From: Phormidesmis sp.
GTDB lineage: Bacteria; Cyanobacteriota; Cyanobacteriia; Leptolyngbyales; Leptolyngbyaceae
Direction: 5' to 3'
DNA: 64,000 nt
Assembly: GCA_965248535.1 (NCBI GenBank)
Contig: CBDFJR010000005.1
Location: forward strand, 1,728,001-1,792,000
The notes below the pieces were generated by a model. The model was not told the origin of the DNA. It did not search any database and saw only the letters and a program-made list of their open reading frames with translations. The first letter of the stretch is position 1; every line of letters begins with the position of its first letter. Positions 50,987 to 60,695 of the stretch are shown one piece after another. Both the position numbers and the translations under genes were made by a program.

Positions 50987-53900
50987 ATGGCAGCGCGCAC
51001 TCGATCTTCGTTTTTTTTAGCCCTTCCGTTAAGTCTCTTATGCGTTTCAGGGGTGGCATCTCCTCAAAAGGCGCAGGGACAAACCTCCTCAGATCTCGCG
51101 GCTCAAATTCATAAACTCGCAGCTAGTCCCTCGTCTGACTCGGCGATCGCCACCCTCAAAAAGAGAGGCGCTCCGGCGATCGAGGCGTTGATCAAGGTCG
51201 TCAAAGACCGCAAAGCACCACCCAACGTGCGTCTGTTTGCGATCGCGGCGATCGGAGAAATCGGAGCCGATGCTAAGACGGCCGTTCCCTCGCTGGTGAC
51301 GGCTCTGCAAGACTCCCGTCCAGAGATTCGTCTCAAAGCGATCGAGGCTCTGGCAGACATTGGCGCATCTGCTAAAGCAGCGGTGCCTGATCTGCGAACT
51401 GTTCTTAAAGACAAGGACTCAGACGACAAAGTGCGACAGGCGGCCGCAAAAGCGCTAGGCAGCATCGGCATCAATGCTAAAGCGGCCATTCCCGATCTGA
51501 TCAATGCCTTAAACGACCCCAGCGAAGCGGTGCGAGTGCAAACCGTCACCGCGCTTCCCAATTTAGGGCCAGACGCTAAAGCGGCCATTTCAGAACTCAT
51601 TCCCGTGCTCTCAGATTCGTCGCGATCGGTGCGACTGTCCACGATCGAGTCCTTAGCGCGATTTGGTCAAGACGCTAAACCTGCGGTGCCGCCCTTGGCT
51701 CAACTGCTGTCAGACCCCGATCGTCAAATTCGTCTAGCGACCACCATCACCTTGGGCAAAATCGGAACTGCCGCCAGTGATGCCGTTCCTGAATTGACTA
51801 AGGCCCTCGCGAACAGCGATCGCACTACCCGCTCTTGGGCAGCGATGGCCCTCGGCAAAATTGGCACCAATGCCAAACCCGCGATCGCAGAATTGACCAG
51901 AGCCTTGTCTGACTCTGACAAAGATGTGCGATCGAGAGCCGCTTCTTCTCTGGGCAAAATCGGACTCGAAGCCCGATCGGCCCTTTCAGAACTGGTTAAA
52001 ACGCTCAAAGATGAGAATCCTGACGTGCGGCTAAATTCAGCCAGCGCCATCGATCGCATCTCAGGCAGCCTGCAAGACCAAGCTGCGTCACTGCCTACTA
52101 GTGAATTGGTGTCGGCTTATGCGGCTCTAGAATCTGCCCAGCCTATTTTAGTAGAGTCTAAAAACGATGACGTGTTAGCGTCGGTGCGACGATCGCTGAG
52201 TGTGCTCAAAACCCAAAAAGATTCACGGCTGTTTGAGCACTTTTTTGAGTGGGGTCGCGCTAACCCGGCGATCGCGGGTGTGCTGCTCTACCTGCTGGTG
52301 ATGCCCTCTCTCTGGAGTCTGCTGCTGCTGATTCGGCCGCTGTGGTTGCTCAAACTTAATCAACTGCTCAAGCCCTACACCGATTTTGAGATCCCTAGCC
52401 CTTTGGGGGGCAGCATCAAAGTTCCGCTCCGGTTTGTGCTATTTTTGGCGATGTTTCACTACCATCCTCGCGTGCTAGATGCATGGGTGGCTGAACAGGT
52501 TGACGTTGCCCGTGAAGCCTTTGCCCATAAAAACACGGTCAGCGATCGTAAAGTCTATATCCCCATCCCGGTTGTTCTTGACGGCAACACCGTCGCAGAA
52601 CTATCGAGCCAAGATTTGCAGTCAACCTTCTGGGATGGGCGGCAATGTCTGCTGATCTGGGGCGAAGGTGGCATCGGCAAAACCAGCCTGGCGTGCAACT
52701 TAGCCAAATGGGCCATGGCCGACGATCGCACCTCGCGGCTGTGTCGGCACCGCATGTTGCCTGTCTTGATTGAGCAAGAGCTTGATTTCAAACTGCCCGC
52801 CGATAAACATCCCTTTAGAGAAGCGATCCGGGGACAGTTGCAGGCCTTGATTGACGCAGCCGAGCCGATTTCTGACGAGTTTTTAGAAAAGCTGCTCCGA
52901 CAACGCCGAATTTTGGTAATCGTCGATCGGCTCTCAGAACTCAGCGAAGCCACCCGCGAACAGATTCGCCCCGGACACCCCGACTTTCCTGCCAATGCCC
53001 TGATTGTCACGTCGCGGGTCGAAGAAACCTTAGACGAAGTGCCCAAAACCACCGTCAAACCCCTGCGAATTGAAGGCAACCGCCTATCCTCGTTTTTAGA
53101 AGCCTATCTGACTCAGCGCCACAAGCGCGAACTCTTCACCGACTCAGAATATTTTGATGCGTGCAGTCAACTGTCTAAACTCGTCGGTCAGCGCAATATC
53201 ACCGTTTTGCTGGCAAAACTCTACGCCGAGCAGATGATCGCCAAAGAAGAAGGAGTCAGCGAAGACAATCTGCCCGACAACATCCCCGATTTGATGCTGA
53301 GTTACCTCAACGAACTCAATCGCGATGCCGCCGCAGACGAACCCGACAATTCCACCCTTCACAAAGACGCTCAAATCATTGCCTGGGAGTGCTTGAGGCA
53401 GTCTTATCACCCTGCCCCGGCTAAACGCGAGGTGATTTTGGCAGAGCTAGAAGCCAGAATGAGCCTAGACAGCGAGACCGCCAAAGCGCGGCTCAAGAAT
53501 CTAGAAAAGCGGCTGCGAATTGTCCAAGCTGTGGGGCCGGCCCAAGATCAGATCTGCTTTGCCCTCGACCCTCTCGCTGAATGTTTGGCGGCGCTCTATT
53601 TGGTTGAGCTTTATCGCGATCAAAAACCCCTCTGGGACGCATGGCTGATCCAAGCCGATGCTATGCCAGGTGCCCCCGAAAGCATTCAGGGCTTTTTGCT
53701 GGCAATGCGCGATTGTTGCCTGACGCGCAGCGCTGAGATTGATGTGCCCGAATCGGTTTTAGAAGAGTTGGGTCAACGAGTCGGCTTGAGTGCCGAAACG
53801 CTGCGACGCACCCAAATAGAACAGCGAATTCGTCGCCTTGCGCCCAATTTGACCAACGGCGATTTGCAGGTGCGGCTAGATGCAATCACTGAGCTTGGAG

Positions 53901-54457
53901 AACTGGGATCGGCGGCTAAATCAGTTCTTCCAGCGCTGATTCGAGAATTTCAGGCTCACGATTGGCAGATTCGTCGCGAAGTGGCTAAAGCGATCGGGCA
54001 AATTGGCCCTGAAGCTCGCACCGCGATTCCTGCCCTGGTTGAGCGGCTGCGAGATGACGATCGCCGCGTCAGTGGAGAAGCGATCGCCACGCTGGGCAAG
54101 CTGGGAGTCGGTGCGGTGCCTGCCCTGATCGCAGCGCTAGAAGCCAAACCTGCTCACGTTCGCAGCACGGCGGCTTGGGTGCTGTCTAGCTTTAATCAGT
54201 TTGCGAGAGCGGCTGTTCCGGCCTTGACTCAAGCTCTCAAAGATGAAGATTGGCAGGTGCGATGGGTGGCTGCTTATGCCCTTGGCTGCATCGGGCCGGA
54301 TGCTAAGTCTGCGATTCCTGCCCTGATCGAAGCGTTTAAGGGGGAATATGAACTGGTCAGCAAAGAGGCGAGTCGCACGCTGTGGCGCATTAGTGGAGAA
54401 GCTGAAACGATCGTGGCGGCTATGGGTCAGATGAGCAAGGGGCGAGATGATAATTAG
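50987..54457 (+). CDS. Signal peptide - HEAT repeats - TM - NACHT-like NTPase - HEAT repeats
   Basis: About ten A.P.L...L.D....VR..A..ALG.IG repeats; TM IAGVLLYLLVMPSLWSLLLLI; Walker A GEGGIGKT and Walker B ILVIVD; further HEAT repeats at the C-terminus. Confidence 0.82.
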   Translation: MAARTRSSFFLALPLSLLCVSGVASPQKAQGQTSSDLAAQIHKLAASPSSDSAIATLKKRGAPAIEALIKVVKDRKAPPNVRLFAIAAIGEIGADAKTAVPSLVTALQDSRPEIRLKAIEALADIGASAKAAVPDLRTVLKDKDSDDKVRQAAAKALGSIGINAKAAIPDLINALNDPSEAVRVQTVTALPNLGPDAKAAISELIPVLSDSSRSVRLSTIESLARFGQDAKPAVPPLAQLLSDPDRQIRLATTITLGKIGTAASDAVPELTKALANSDRTTRSWAAMALGKIGTNAKPAIAELTRALSDSDKDVRSRAASSLGKIGLEARSALSELVKTLKDENPDVRLNSASAIDRISGSLQDQAASLPTSELVSAYAALESAQPILVESKNDDVLASVRRSLSVLKTQKDSRLFEHFFEWGRANPAIAGVLLYLLVMPSLWSLLLLIRPLWLLKLNQLLKPYTDFEIPSPLGGSIKVPLRFVLFLAMFHYHPRVLDAWVAEQVDVAREAFAHKNTVSDRKVYIPIPVVLDGNTVAELSSQDLQSTFWDGRQCLLIWGEGGIGKTSLACNLAKWAMADDRTSRLCRHRMLPVLIEQELDFKLPADKHPFREAIRGQLQALIDAAEPISDEFLEKLLRQRRILVIVDRLSELSEATREQIRPGHPDFPANALIVTSRVEETLDEVPKTTVKPLRIEGNRLSSFLEAYLTQRHKRELFTDSEYFDACSQLSKLVGQRNITVLLAKLYAEQMIAKEEGVSEDNLPDNIPDLMLSYLNELNRDAAADEPDNSTLHKDAQIIAWECLRQSYHPAPAKREVILAELEARMSLDSETAKARLKNLEKRLRIVQAVGPAQDQICFALDPLAECLAALYLVELYRDQKPLWDAWLIQADAMPGAPESIQGFLLAMRDCCLTRSAEIDVPESVLEELGQRVGLSAETLRRTQIEQRIRRLAPNLTNGDLQVRLDAITELGELGSAAKSVLPALIREFQAHDWQIRREVAKAIGQIGPEARTAIPALVERLRDDDRRVSGEAIATLGKLGVGAVPALIAALEAKPAHVRSTAAWVLSSFNQFARAAVPALTQALKDEDWQVRWVAAYALGCIGPDAKSAIPALIEAFKGEYELVSKEASRTLWRISGEAETIVAAMGQMSKGRDDN

Positions 54458-54504
54458 CGAGTTTCGGCTTTGCTCTGGTGTTAGAAAGTCTCAGGAGGAA
54501 GGGA

Positions 54505-54591
54505 ATGAATCATCGATACACGATCGTGATTCAGTGGTTATATGAGGATCGGCTCTATTTAATGTCTTCCGCAGTTAAATTGCTTTGTTGA
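54505..54591 (+). pseudogene. hicB: N-terminal fragment of HicB-family antitoxin
   Basis: AGGAGG RBS. MNHRYTIVIQWLYEDRLYL matches the HicB pattern Y.I.I.WS.ED..Y. LPQ is present out of frame, then the tandem repeat follows. Confidence 0.65.
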
Positions 54592-54782
54592 CCTACCGAA
54601 TTGCTTTGTTGACCCATCGAATCGCTTTGTTGACCTATCGAATCGCTTTGTTGACCTATCGAATCGCTTTGTTGACCTATCGAATTGCTTTGTTGACCTA
54701 CCGAATGGCTTTGTTGATCGTCAATTCAATATCTTCTCCGGTCAAATCGTTGTGTTAACCCGTCAAATCGTTGTGGTGACCT
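54578..54782. repeat. 21-bp tandem repeat (AATYGCTTTGTTGACCYAYCG), six near-perfect units plus degenerate units
   Basis: Units start at 54578, 54599, 54620, 54641, 54662, 54683, with a degenerate unit at 54704 and a related pair at 54741-54782. No spacers. Confidence 0.92.
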
Positions 54783-54910
54783 GTTTCTATGAGGCATTCA
54801 CGAGGCATTTCCAAATTCTTATATGAAGGTTGAGGTTGAATAAAGCCGAAGCCTAATGGATTCTTTTCGACGAAATTTAAGGATTGAATGCGATCGAACC
54901 TCGACTTCTC

Positions 54911-54928
54911 CTAGTACGTCACAACTAG
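54911..54928. promoter_or_regulatory. Possible LexA-type operator upstream of uvrA
   Basis: CTAGT-ACGTCACA-ACTAG inverted repeat with one perfect AGTAC half-site. Confidence 0.4.
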
Positions 54929-54979
54929 ATTGCTAAGGAGAGCGATAGAATCATTAAGGACTAGTTCATTGCGTCCTCA

Positions 54980-57900
54980 ATGCCAAAGCGTGCCAGCCAA
55001 TCTAACAGCCCTGATGCGAAGTCTCTGAGTGATGACTTAGACACGATCGCTAAACCCTCAAGCCCCGCATCGCTCAACACGATTAGGGTGCGAGGTGCCA
55101 GACAGCATAATCTCAAGAACATCGACCTGGAGTTACCCCGCGATCGCTTGATCGTGTTTACCGGGGTGTCGGGTTCTGGGAAATCATCGCTGGCGTTTGA
55201 CACCATTTTTGCAGAAGGGCAACGTCGCTATGTAGAGTCCCTCAGCGCCTATGCACGGCAGTTTTTGGGACAAGTCGATAAACCTGATGTCGATGCGATC
55301 GAGGGCCTTAGCCCCGCGATCTCGATCGATCAAAAGTCCACGTCTCACAACCCGCGATCGACCGTCGGCACGGTGACAGAAATCTACGACTATCTGCGAC
55401 TGCTCTACGGACGAGCCGGGGAACCCCACTGTCCTCACTGCGATCGCTCGATCACGCCGCAAACCGTCGATCAGATGGTCGATCGCGTGATGGAATTGCC
55501 CGATCGGACTCGGTTTCAAGTTTTGGCTCCCGTCGTGCGCGGCAAAAAAGGCACCCATCGCAAAACGATTTCTAGCCTCAGCGCCGAGGGCTTTGTGCGA
55601 ATTCGGGTCGATGGCGAAGTGCGCGAACTGAGCGACTCGATCGAGCTAGACAAAAATCAACTGCACACGATCGAGATTGTCGTCGATCGGCTCGTCAAAA
55701 AAGAAGGCATCGAAGAGCGCCTCGTCGATTCCCTGACGACGTGCTTGAAGCACTCTAACGGCATCGCCATCATCGACTTGATCAAAGAAGACGCGACACC
55801 CAGCAACGTCGTCGATATCAAGTCTCAACAAACCCTCAAGGCGGCCGAAAAAGGCGGCACCTATCAGGTCGAAGAGCCAAAACCAGAGGCTCAACCTGCC
55901 GAACTGGTGTTTTCAGAAAACTTTGCTTGCCCTGAGCATGGCGCAGTCATGGAGGAACTTTCTCCCCGTCTGTTTTCGTTCAACTCTCCCTATGGTGCGT
56001 GTCCCAATTGCCACGGGTTGGGCAGTCACCGCAAGTTTTCGCCCGATCTCGTGATCCCCAATCCAAAATTGCCTGTTTATGCGGCGATCGCGCCCTGGTC
56101 AGACAAAGACAACACTTATTATTTGTCGCTAATTTGCAGCGTCGCCGATGCCTTTAAATTCGATATTCAAACCCCCTGGGAAAAACTCACGCCTGACCAG
56201 CAGCACGTCTTGCTGCACGGCTCTAAAGACCCGATTTGGATCGAAGCCGACTCTCGCTATCGAGAAAGCAAAGGCTATAACCGCCGCTATGAGGGCGCGC
56301 TGCCCCTGCTCGAACGGCAATATCAAGAAAGCTCGTCTGACCTCTATAAGCAGAAGTTAGAGCAATACTTAATCGACCAGCCCTGTGATGATTGTCACGG
56401 CAGACGACTTAAGCCCGAAGCCGTTGCGGTGCGCCTCGGACAGTTTCGGATCACCGATCTGACCAGCGTTTCGATTCGCGATTGTCTAGATCGAGTTACG
56501 AGTCTGGAGTTAACCGATCGCCAAGCTCAAATCGGCGATCTCGTCCTGCGAGAAATCAAGGCGCGGCTGCAATTCCTCCTCGATGTGGGATTGGACTATC
56601 TGACCATCGATCGCACTGCTATGACCCTCTCCGGCGGCGAAGCGCAACGCATTCGTCTAGCTACCCAGATCGGCGCGGGCTTAACCGGAGTGCTCTATGT
56701 TCTCGACGAGCCGAGTATCGGGCTGCACCAGCGCGACAATACCCGCTTGCTGAACACCTTGACCAAGCTAAGGGATCTCGGCAACACGCTGATCGTGGTT
56801 GAGCACGACGAAGAAACAATTCGGGCGGCGGATTATTTGGTGGATATCGGCCCCGGTGCAGGCGTGCATGGCGGGCGGATTGTGTCTCAGGGCGACTTAG
56901 AAACGCTGCTCAATGCCGAAGAATCGCTGACGGGAGCTTACTTGTCTAAACGGTTGTGCGTTCACACCCCCGCCGATCGCCGACCCGGAAATGGACGATC
57001 GCTCAAAATTCGCAGTGCCGCCCGCAATAATCTCAAGGAGATTGATGTCGATATTCCCCTCGGCAAACTGGTTTGCATCACGGGCGTGTCGGGGTCTGGC
57101 AAATCGACGCTGGTTAACGAGTTGCTCTATCCCGCCATTCAGCACCACTTTGGGCAAAAAATTCCCCAGCCGAGAGAGATGCAGCCCGTCGAAGGGCTAA
57201 ACGGACTCGATAAAGCGATCGTGATTGATCAATCCCCGATCGGGCGCACTCCGCGATCAAATCCTGCCACTTACACAGGCGTGTTTGACGTGATTCGGGA
57301 TATTTTTACCGAGACGATCGAGGCAAAAGCCAGAGGCTACAAACCGGGGCAATTCTCGTTTAACGTCAAAGGCGGACGCTGTGAAGCGTGCAGTGGTCAA
57401 GGCGTAAACGTGATCGAGATGAATTTCTTGCCCGATGTCTATGTGCAGTGCGAAGTCTGCAAAGGTGCGAGATACAACCGCGATACGCTACAGGTGAAGT
57501 TTAAAGGCAAGTCGATCGCCGATGTCTTAGCCATGACCGTTGAGGAAGCAGCAGAATTCTTTAAAAACATCCCTCAAGCGTCTGCGCGTCTGCAAACATT
57601 AGCTGATGTGGGTCTAGGCTATATGCGACTCGGACAAACTGCCCCAACTCTCTCTGGCGGCGAAGCCCAGCGCGTCAAACTCGCCACCGAACTTTCTCGC
57701 CGCGCCACGGGCAAAACTCTCTACCTGATTGACGAACCGACTACCGGACTATCGTTCTATGACGTTCACAAGCTGTTAGACGTGGTGCAGCGTCTCGTAG
57801 ATAAAGGTAACTCCGTCCTCGTGATCGAACACAACATGGATGTGATTCGCTGCTCAGACTGGATTATTGATCTGGGGCCGGAAGGCGGTAATTTAGGCGG

Positions 57901-58015
57901 CGAAATTGTGGCGATCGGGACTCCCGAAGAGGTGGCAAAAAATCCCGCTTCTTACACCGGGCAATATCTCAAGCACGTTCTAGAACAATATCCGGTGGCT
58001 CCGGTTACGGCTTAA
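54980..58015 (+). CDS. uvrA: Excinuclease ABC subunit A
   Basis: Two GVSGSGKS Walker A motifs, two LSGGEAQR signatures, zinc fingers. Confidence 0.98.
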   Translation: MPKRASQSNSPDAKSLSDDLDTIAKPSSPASLNTIRVRGARQHNLKNIDLELPRDRLIVFTGVSGSGKSSLAFDTIFAEGQRRYVESLSAYARQFLGQVDKPDVDAIEGLSPAISIDQKSTSHNPRSTVGTVTEIYDYLRLLYGRAGEPHCPHCDRSITPQTVDQMVDRVMELPDRTRFQVLAPVVRGKKGTHRKTISSLSAEGFVRIRVDGEVRELSDSIELDKNQLHTIEIVVDRLVKKEGIEERLVDSLTTCLKHSNGIAIIDLIKEDATPSNVVDIKSQQTLKAAEKGGTYQVEEPKPEAQPAELVFSENFACPEHGAVMEELSPRLFSFNSPYGACPNCHGLGSHRKFSPDLVIPNPKLPVYAAIAPWSDKDNTYYLSLICSVADAFKFDIQTPWEKLTPDQQHVLLHGSKDPIWIEADSRYRESKGYNRRYEGALPLLERQYQESSSDLYKQKLEQYLIDQPCDDCHGRRLKPEAVAVRLGQFRITDLTSVSIRDCLDRVTSLELTDRQAQIGDLVLREIKARLQFLLDVGLDYLTIDRTAMTLSGGEAQRIRLATQIGAGLTGVLYVLDEPSIGLHQRDNTRLLNTLTKLRDLGNTLIVVEHDEETIRAADYLVDIGPGAGVHGGRIVSQGDLETLLNAEESLTGAYLSKRLCVHTPADRRPGNGRSLKIRSAARNNLKEIDVDIPLGKLVCITGVSGSGKSTLVNELLYPAIQHHFGQKIPQPREMQPVEGLNGLDKAIVIDQSPIGRTPRSNPATYTGVFDVIRDIFTETIEAKARGYKPGQFSFNVKGGRCEACSGQGVNVIEMNFLPDVYVQCEVCKGARYNRDTLQVKFKGKSIADVLAMTVEEAAEFFKNIPQASARLQTLADVGLGYMRLGQTAPTLSGGEAQRVKLATELSRRATGKTLYLIDEPTTGLSFYDVHKLLDVVQRLVDKGNSVLVIEHNMDVIRCSDWIIDLGPEGGNLGGEIVAIGTPEEVAKNPASYTGQYLKHVLEQYPVAPVTA

Positions 58016-58075
58016 GACGGGGGAGCTGATCGGGATTAGTCGCTAAACTTCAGCTAGCCCTTATCCTCCACCTCC

Positions 58076-58924
58076 ATGCTCGAAACCTGGCAACACGACT
58101 GCATTCACACCAACGGCATCAACCTGCACTATGTGACCCAAGGCGAAGGCCCCCTGATGCTGATGCTGCACGGATTTCCTGAATTTTGGTATTCGTGGCG
58201 CAAGCAGATTCCTGAATTTGCCCAAGATCACAAAGTGGTTGCGATCGACCTGCGCGGCTATAACGACAGCGACAAACCTGCTGATAAAGAAGCCTATGGG
58301 ATGGCTGAGTTGATCGCCGATGTCAAAGGCGTGATTGAAGGCTTGGGCTACGAGCGCTGCATTTTAGTCGGGCATGACTGGGGAGGCACGATCGCCTGGA
58401 ACTTCGTCTACGCCTACCCCAATTTGGTTCAAAAGCTGGTCATTCTCAACATGCCTCACCCGGCCAAATTTGCTGAAGGGCTTCGCACGCCTCGGCAGCT
58501 TCTTCGCAGTTTTTATATCTTCTTATTTCAGCTTCCGATCGTCCCAGAAATGCTGATTCAACTGGATGACTATCGAGCGATCGGGGCGGCATTTTTAGGC
58601 ATGGCCGTAGACAAAACCGCCTTCAGTCAGCAGGATATTGAGGCTTATAAAAATGCGTTTGCCAAGCGCGGCGCAGTCACGGCTGCCCTCAACTACTACC
58701 GCAATCTGTTTAAACAAGGGCTGACCAGCCAAGACTGGAGCATCTTAGACGTGCCGACTCTGATGATTTGGGGCGAAAGCGACACTGCCCTGGGCAAAGA
58801 ATTGACCTACGGCACAGAAGCTTACGTGCGCGACTTTCAGATCAAATACATCCCCAACTGTAGCCATTGGGTTCAGCAAGAACAGCCACAACTCGTCAAT
58901 CAATACATCCGCGAGTTTTTGTAG
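58076..58924 (+). CDS. Epoxide hydrolase-like alpha/beta hydrolase
   Basis: HGFPEFWYSWR, DLRGY, GHDWGG, HWVQQE. Confidence 0.9.
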   Translation: MLETWQHDCIHTNGINLHYVTQGEGPLMLMLHGFPEFWYSWRKQIPEFAQDHKVVAIDLRGYNDSDKPADKEAYGMAELIADVKGVIEGLGYERCILVGHDWGGTIAWNFVYAYPNLVQKLVILNMPHPAKFAEGLRTPRQLLRSFYIFLFQLPIVPEMLIQLDDYRAIGAAFLGMAVDKTAFSQQDIEAYKNAFAKRGAVTAALNYYRNLFKQGLTSQDWSILDVPTLMIWGESDTALGKELTYGTEAYVRDFQIKYIPNCSHWVQQEQPQLVNQYIREFL

Positions 58925-58977
58925 CTCTACCATCCCCCACGGGGGACTCATCTCAATCCCCATAATCCACAATTTTG

Positions 58978-59304
58978 CTAAGCGATCGCGAGGGCAGGAA
59001 TAGCTATTTCTTCAGATTTGGGGAGCACCTCAAAGACCTCATCCATCCCCGTCAGTTCTAACAGCATTCTGACTTGCTCACTCACCGAGCAGAGAAAGAG
59101 CCGCTTGTTTGCTTTACGAACCCGCTTATAAACCATCACTAAAGCCATCAACCCGTGGCTGCTCGTAGACTCAACCATGCCAAAGTCTATCAGCACCACG
59201 TCAGCGTCAGCCTGAAGCGCCAAGTCAGTGTGGTGATGAAACTGAGCGATCGAGCCATCGTCGATCGAGGCAGGAAACTTGACGGTTTTGGTTAAAAAAT
59301 CCAT
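58978..59304 (-). CDS. STAS-domain anti-sigma factor antagonist
   Basis: VLIDF..VE...S.GL.ALV...K, L.LC....QVRMLLELTGMD.VF. Confidence 0.85.
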   Translation of the reverse strand: MDFLTKTVKFPASIDDGSIAQFHHHTDLALQADADVVLIDFGMVESTSSHGLMALVMVYKRVRKANKRLFLCSVSEQVRMLLELTGMDEVFEVLPKSEEIAIPALAIA

Positions 59305-60108
59305 ATGATTCTACCTTTTTACTAGGCTAAACTTCACAAAACTAAACATCTAGCCCCCTATTAATAGCAGGTTCGATGCCATAAAGTACAGAAAAAATAA
59401 CTAAGTATCCTACCTTAGACCTTCGCAGATTTCAGAATAGAAGTCTGATAAGTAGCTAACAAAACCCAGCCAAAACTCATTCTTAACCTTTGATTAATCC
59501 CTGTTATCGATGACATTAAAGGGTTTTTCATCGCCCATTCATCTGTCCTGAGAAAGAAAATTTTGGGTGCATGAAGACACGTTTGATGTCCATAAATCAC
59601 GCGGCTAGCTCTGTCTTCTAGCGTTTAATGCTTCTGGCACCGAGACCTATCAGGCTCTTTGACAGAAATTTGCTGAGAGCGATCGCCCTAGCAGCGTTTT
59701 GTAAAAACCCAGAGATACAAACTATTTCAACGGTTTGTAGTTTAAGTTACCTTTTACCTCTATTTCATTGATCTCACCAGAAGCCGCGACTTTTCTGACT
59801 AAGAGACTTCCCATTCAAACATAGGAACCTGTGCTTTTTCTAGCTTAGAAATTTGCTCAAACTTGCCGCTGTTAACAAACAGCAACTCTAGAAAAGGTAG
59901 CTAATCGTTGAGGCCTAAAGGACTTTAGAAACTTAACAATGCGGGCTTGTTTTAGTCTTGATGTTGGCCCGATCGCAGCTTTCGCCCATCCTTCAGCGCT
60001 TTTTAACGACGTGGATTATCTAAAATTCAGATTTTATAGGTGTGACAGTGCCCATTGCCCACGAGACGGGCAAGTTGGAGGCTGATAAACTCTCTGGTCA
60101 CGATCGCT

Positions 60109-60576
60109 CTAACGGTTCTTCAGCGCTCGCTGCATATCTCGCTGATCGTCACGTTTCTTAATATCTTCTCGCTTGTCGTAGAGCTTCTTGCCTCGCGCCA
60201 GCCCGATATCGACCTTGACCCAACCCCGTTTCATATACATCTTGAGGGGCACGAGCGTTAACCCTTGCTGCTCGACTCTGCCCAGCAGCTTGCGAATCTC
60301 TGCCCGATGAAGTAGGAGCTTGCGAGAGCGACGAGGGTCGTGATTAAAAAATTGGCTAGCCGTTCTATGGGGAGAAACATGCACGTTGAGCAGCATCACC
60401 TCCCCATCTCGAATCAGAGCAAAGCCATCTCTGAGGTTGACCTTGCCCTCTCGAATCGATTTGACCTCAGTTCCGACTAGCTCAATGCCAGCCTCATAGG
60501 TCTCCAGAATCTCATACTGGAAGCGCGCATGGCGGTTGTCGCTGATAAGTTTGAAACTTTCACTCTTTTCACTCAT
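60109..60576 (-). CDS. smpB: SsrA-binding protein
   Basis: [34 protein letters not shown]. Confidence 0.97.
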   Translation of the reverse strand: MSEKSESFKLISDNRHARFQYEILETYEAGIELVGTEVKSIREGKVNLRDGFALIRDGEVMLLNVHVSPHRTASQFFNHDPRRSRKLLLHRAEIRKLLGRVEQQGLTLVPLKMYMKRGWVKVDIGLARGKKLYDKREDIKKRDDQRDMQRALKNR

Positions 60577-60602
60577 TTTTTTATCTTAAACGGTCAGATC
60601 CT

Positions 60603-60661
60603 AAAAAAAATGTCCCCGGAGGTCAGTGGGGACATTGCCTAAGGAGTGATGAAACAGAGAT
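60603..60661 (-). ncRNA. Candidate ~60-nt small RNA (or attenuated smpB leader)
   Basis: Minus strand TTGACA-16-TATTCT promoter, single-stranded UUUCAUCACUCCUUA, then hairpin AATGTCCCC/GGGGACATT and a T-tract. Confidence 0.6.
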
Positions 60662-60695
60662 AGTACAAGAATACTGCTAAAAGCGAATCTGTCAA
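60662..60695 (-). promoter_or_regulatory. Sigma70-type promoter with overlapping LexA-like box
   Basis: -35 TTGACA at 60695-60690 and -10 TATTCT at 60673-60668. AGTACAAGAATACT at 60662-60675 is one mismatch from AGTAC-N4-GTACT. Confidence 0.55.

Noticed and set aside
51089..54147. Long antisense ORFs within the HEAT-NACHT gene, and similar shadow ORFs in uvrA, amt, pilT and the SLH gene
   Set aside because: Fully nested opposite well-supported genes, with composition typical of reverse-frame artefacts.
54578..54724. CRISPR array
   Set aside because: Units are directly adjacent with no unique spacers, and there are no cas genes in the window.
59415..59600. 61-aa minus-strand ORF upstream of the STAS gene
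   Set aside because: Weak start, no RBS or motif, and located in AT-rich intergenic sequence.
60641..60663. Plus-strand mini-ORF MKQR after AAGGAG
   Set aside because: SD-ATG spacing is only 2 nt. The sequence is better explained as the complement of the minus-strand sRNA seed.
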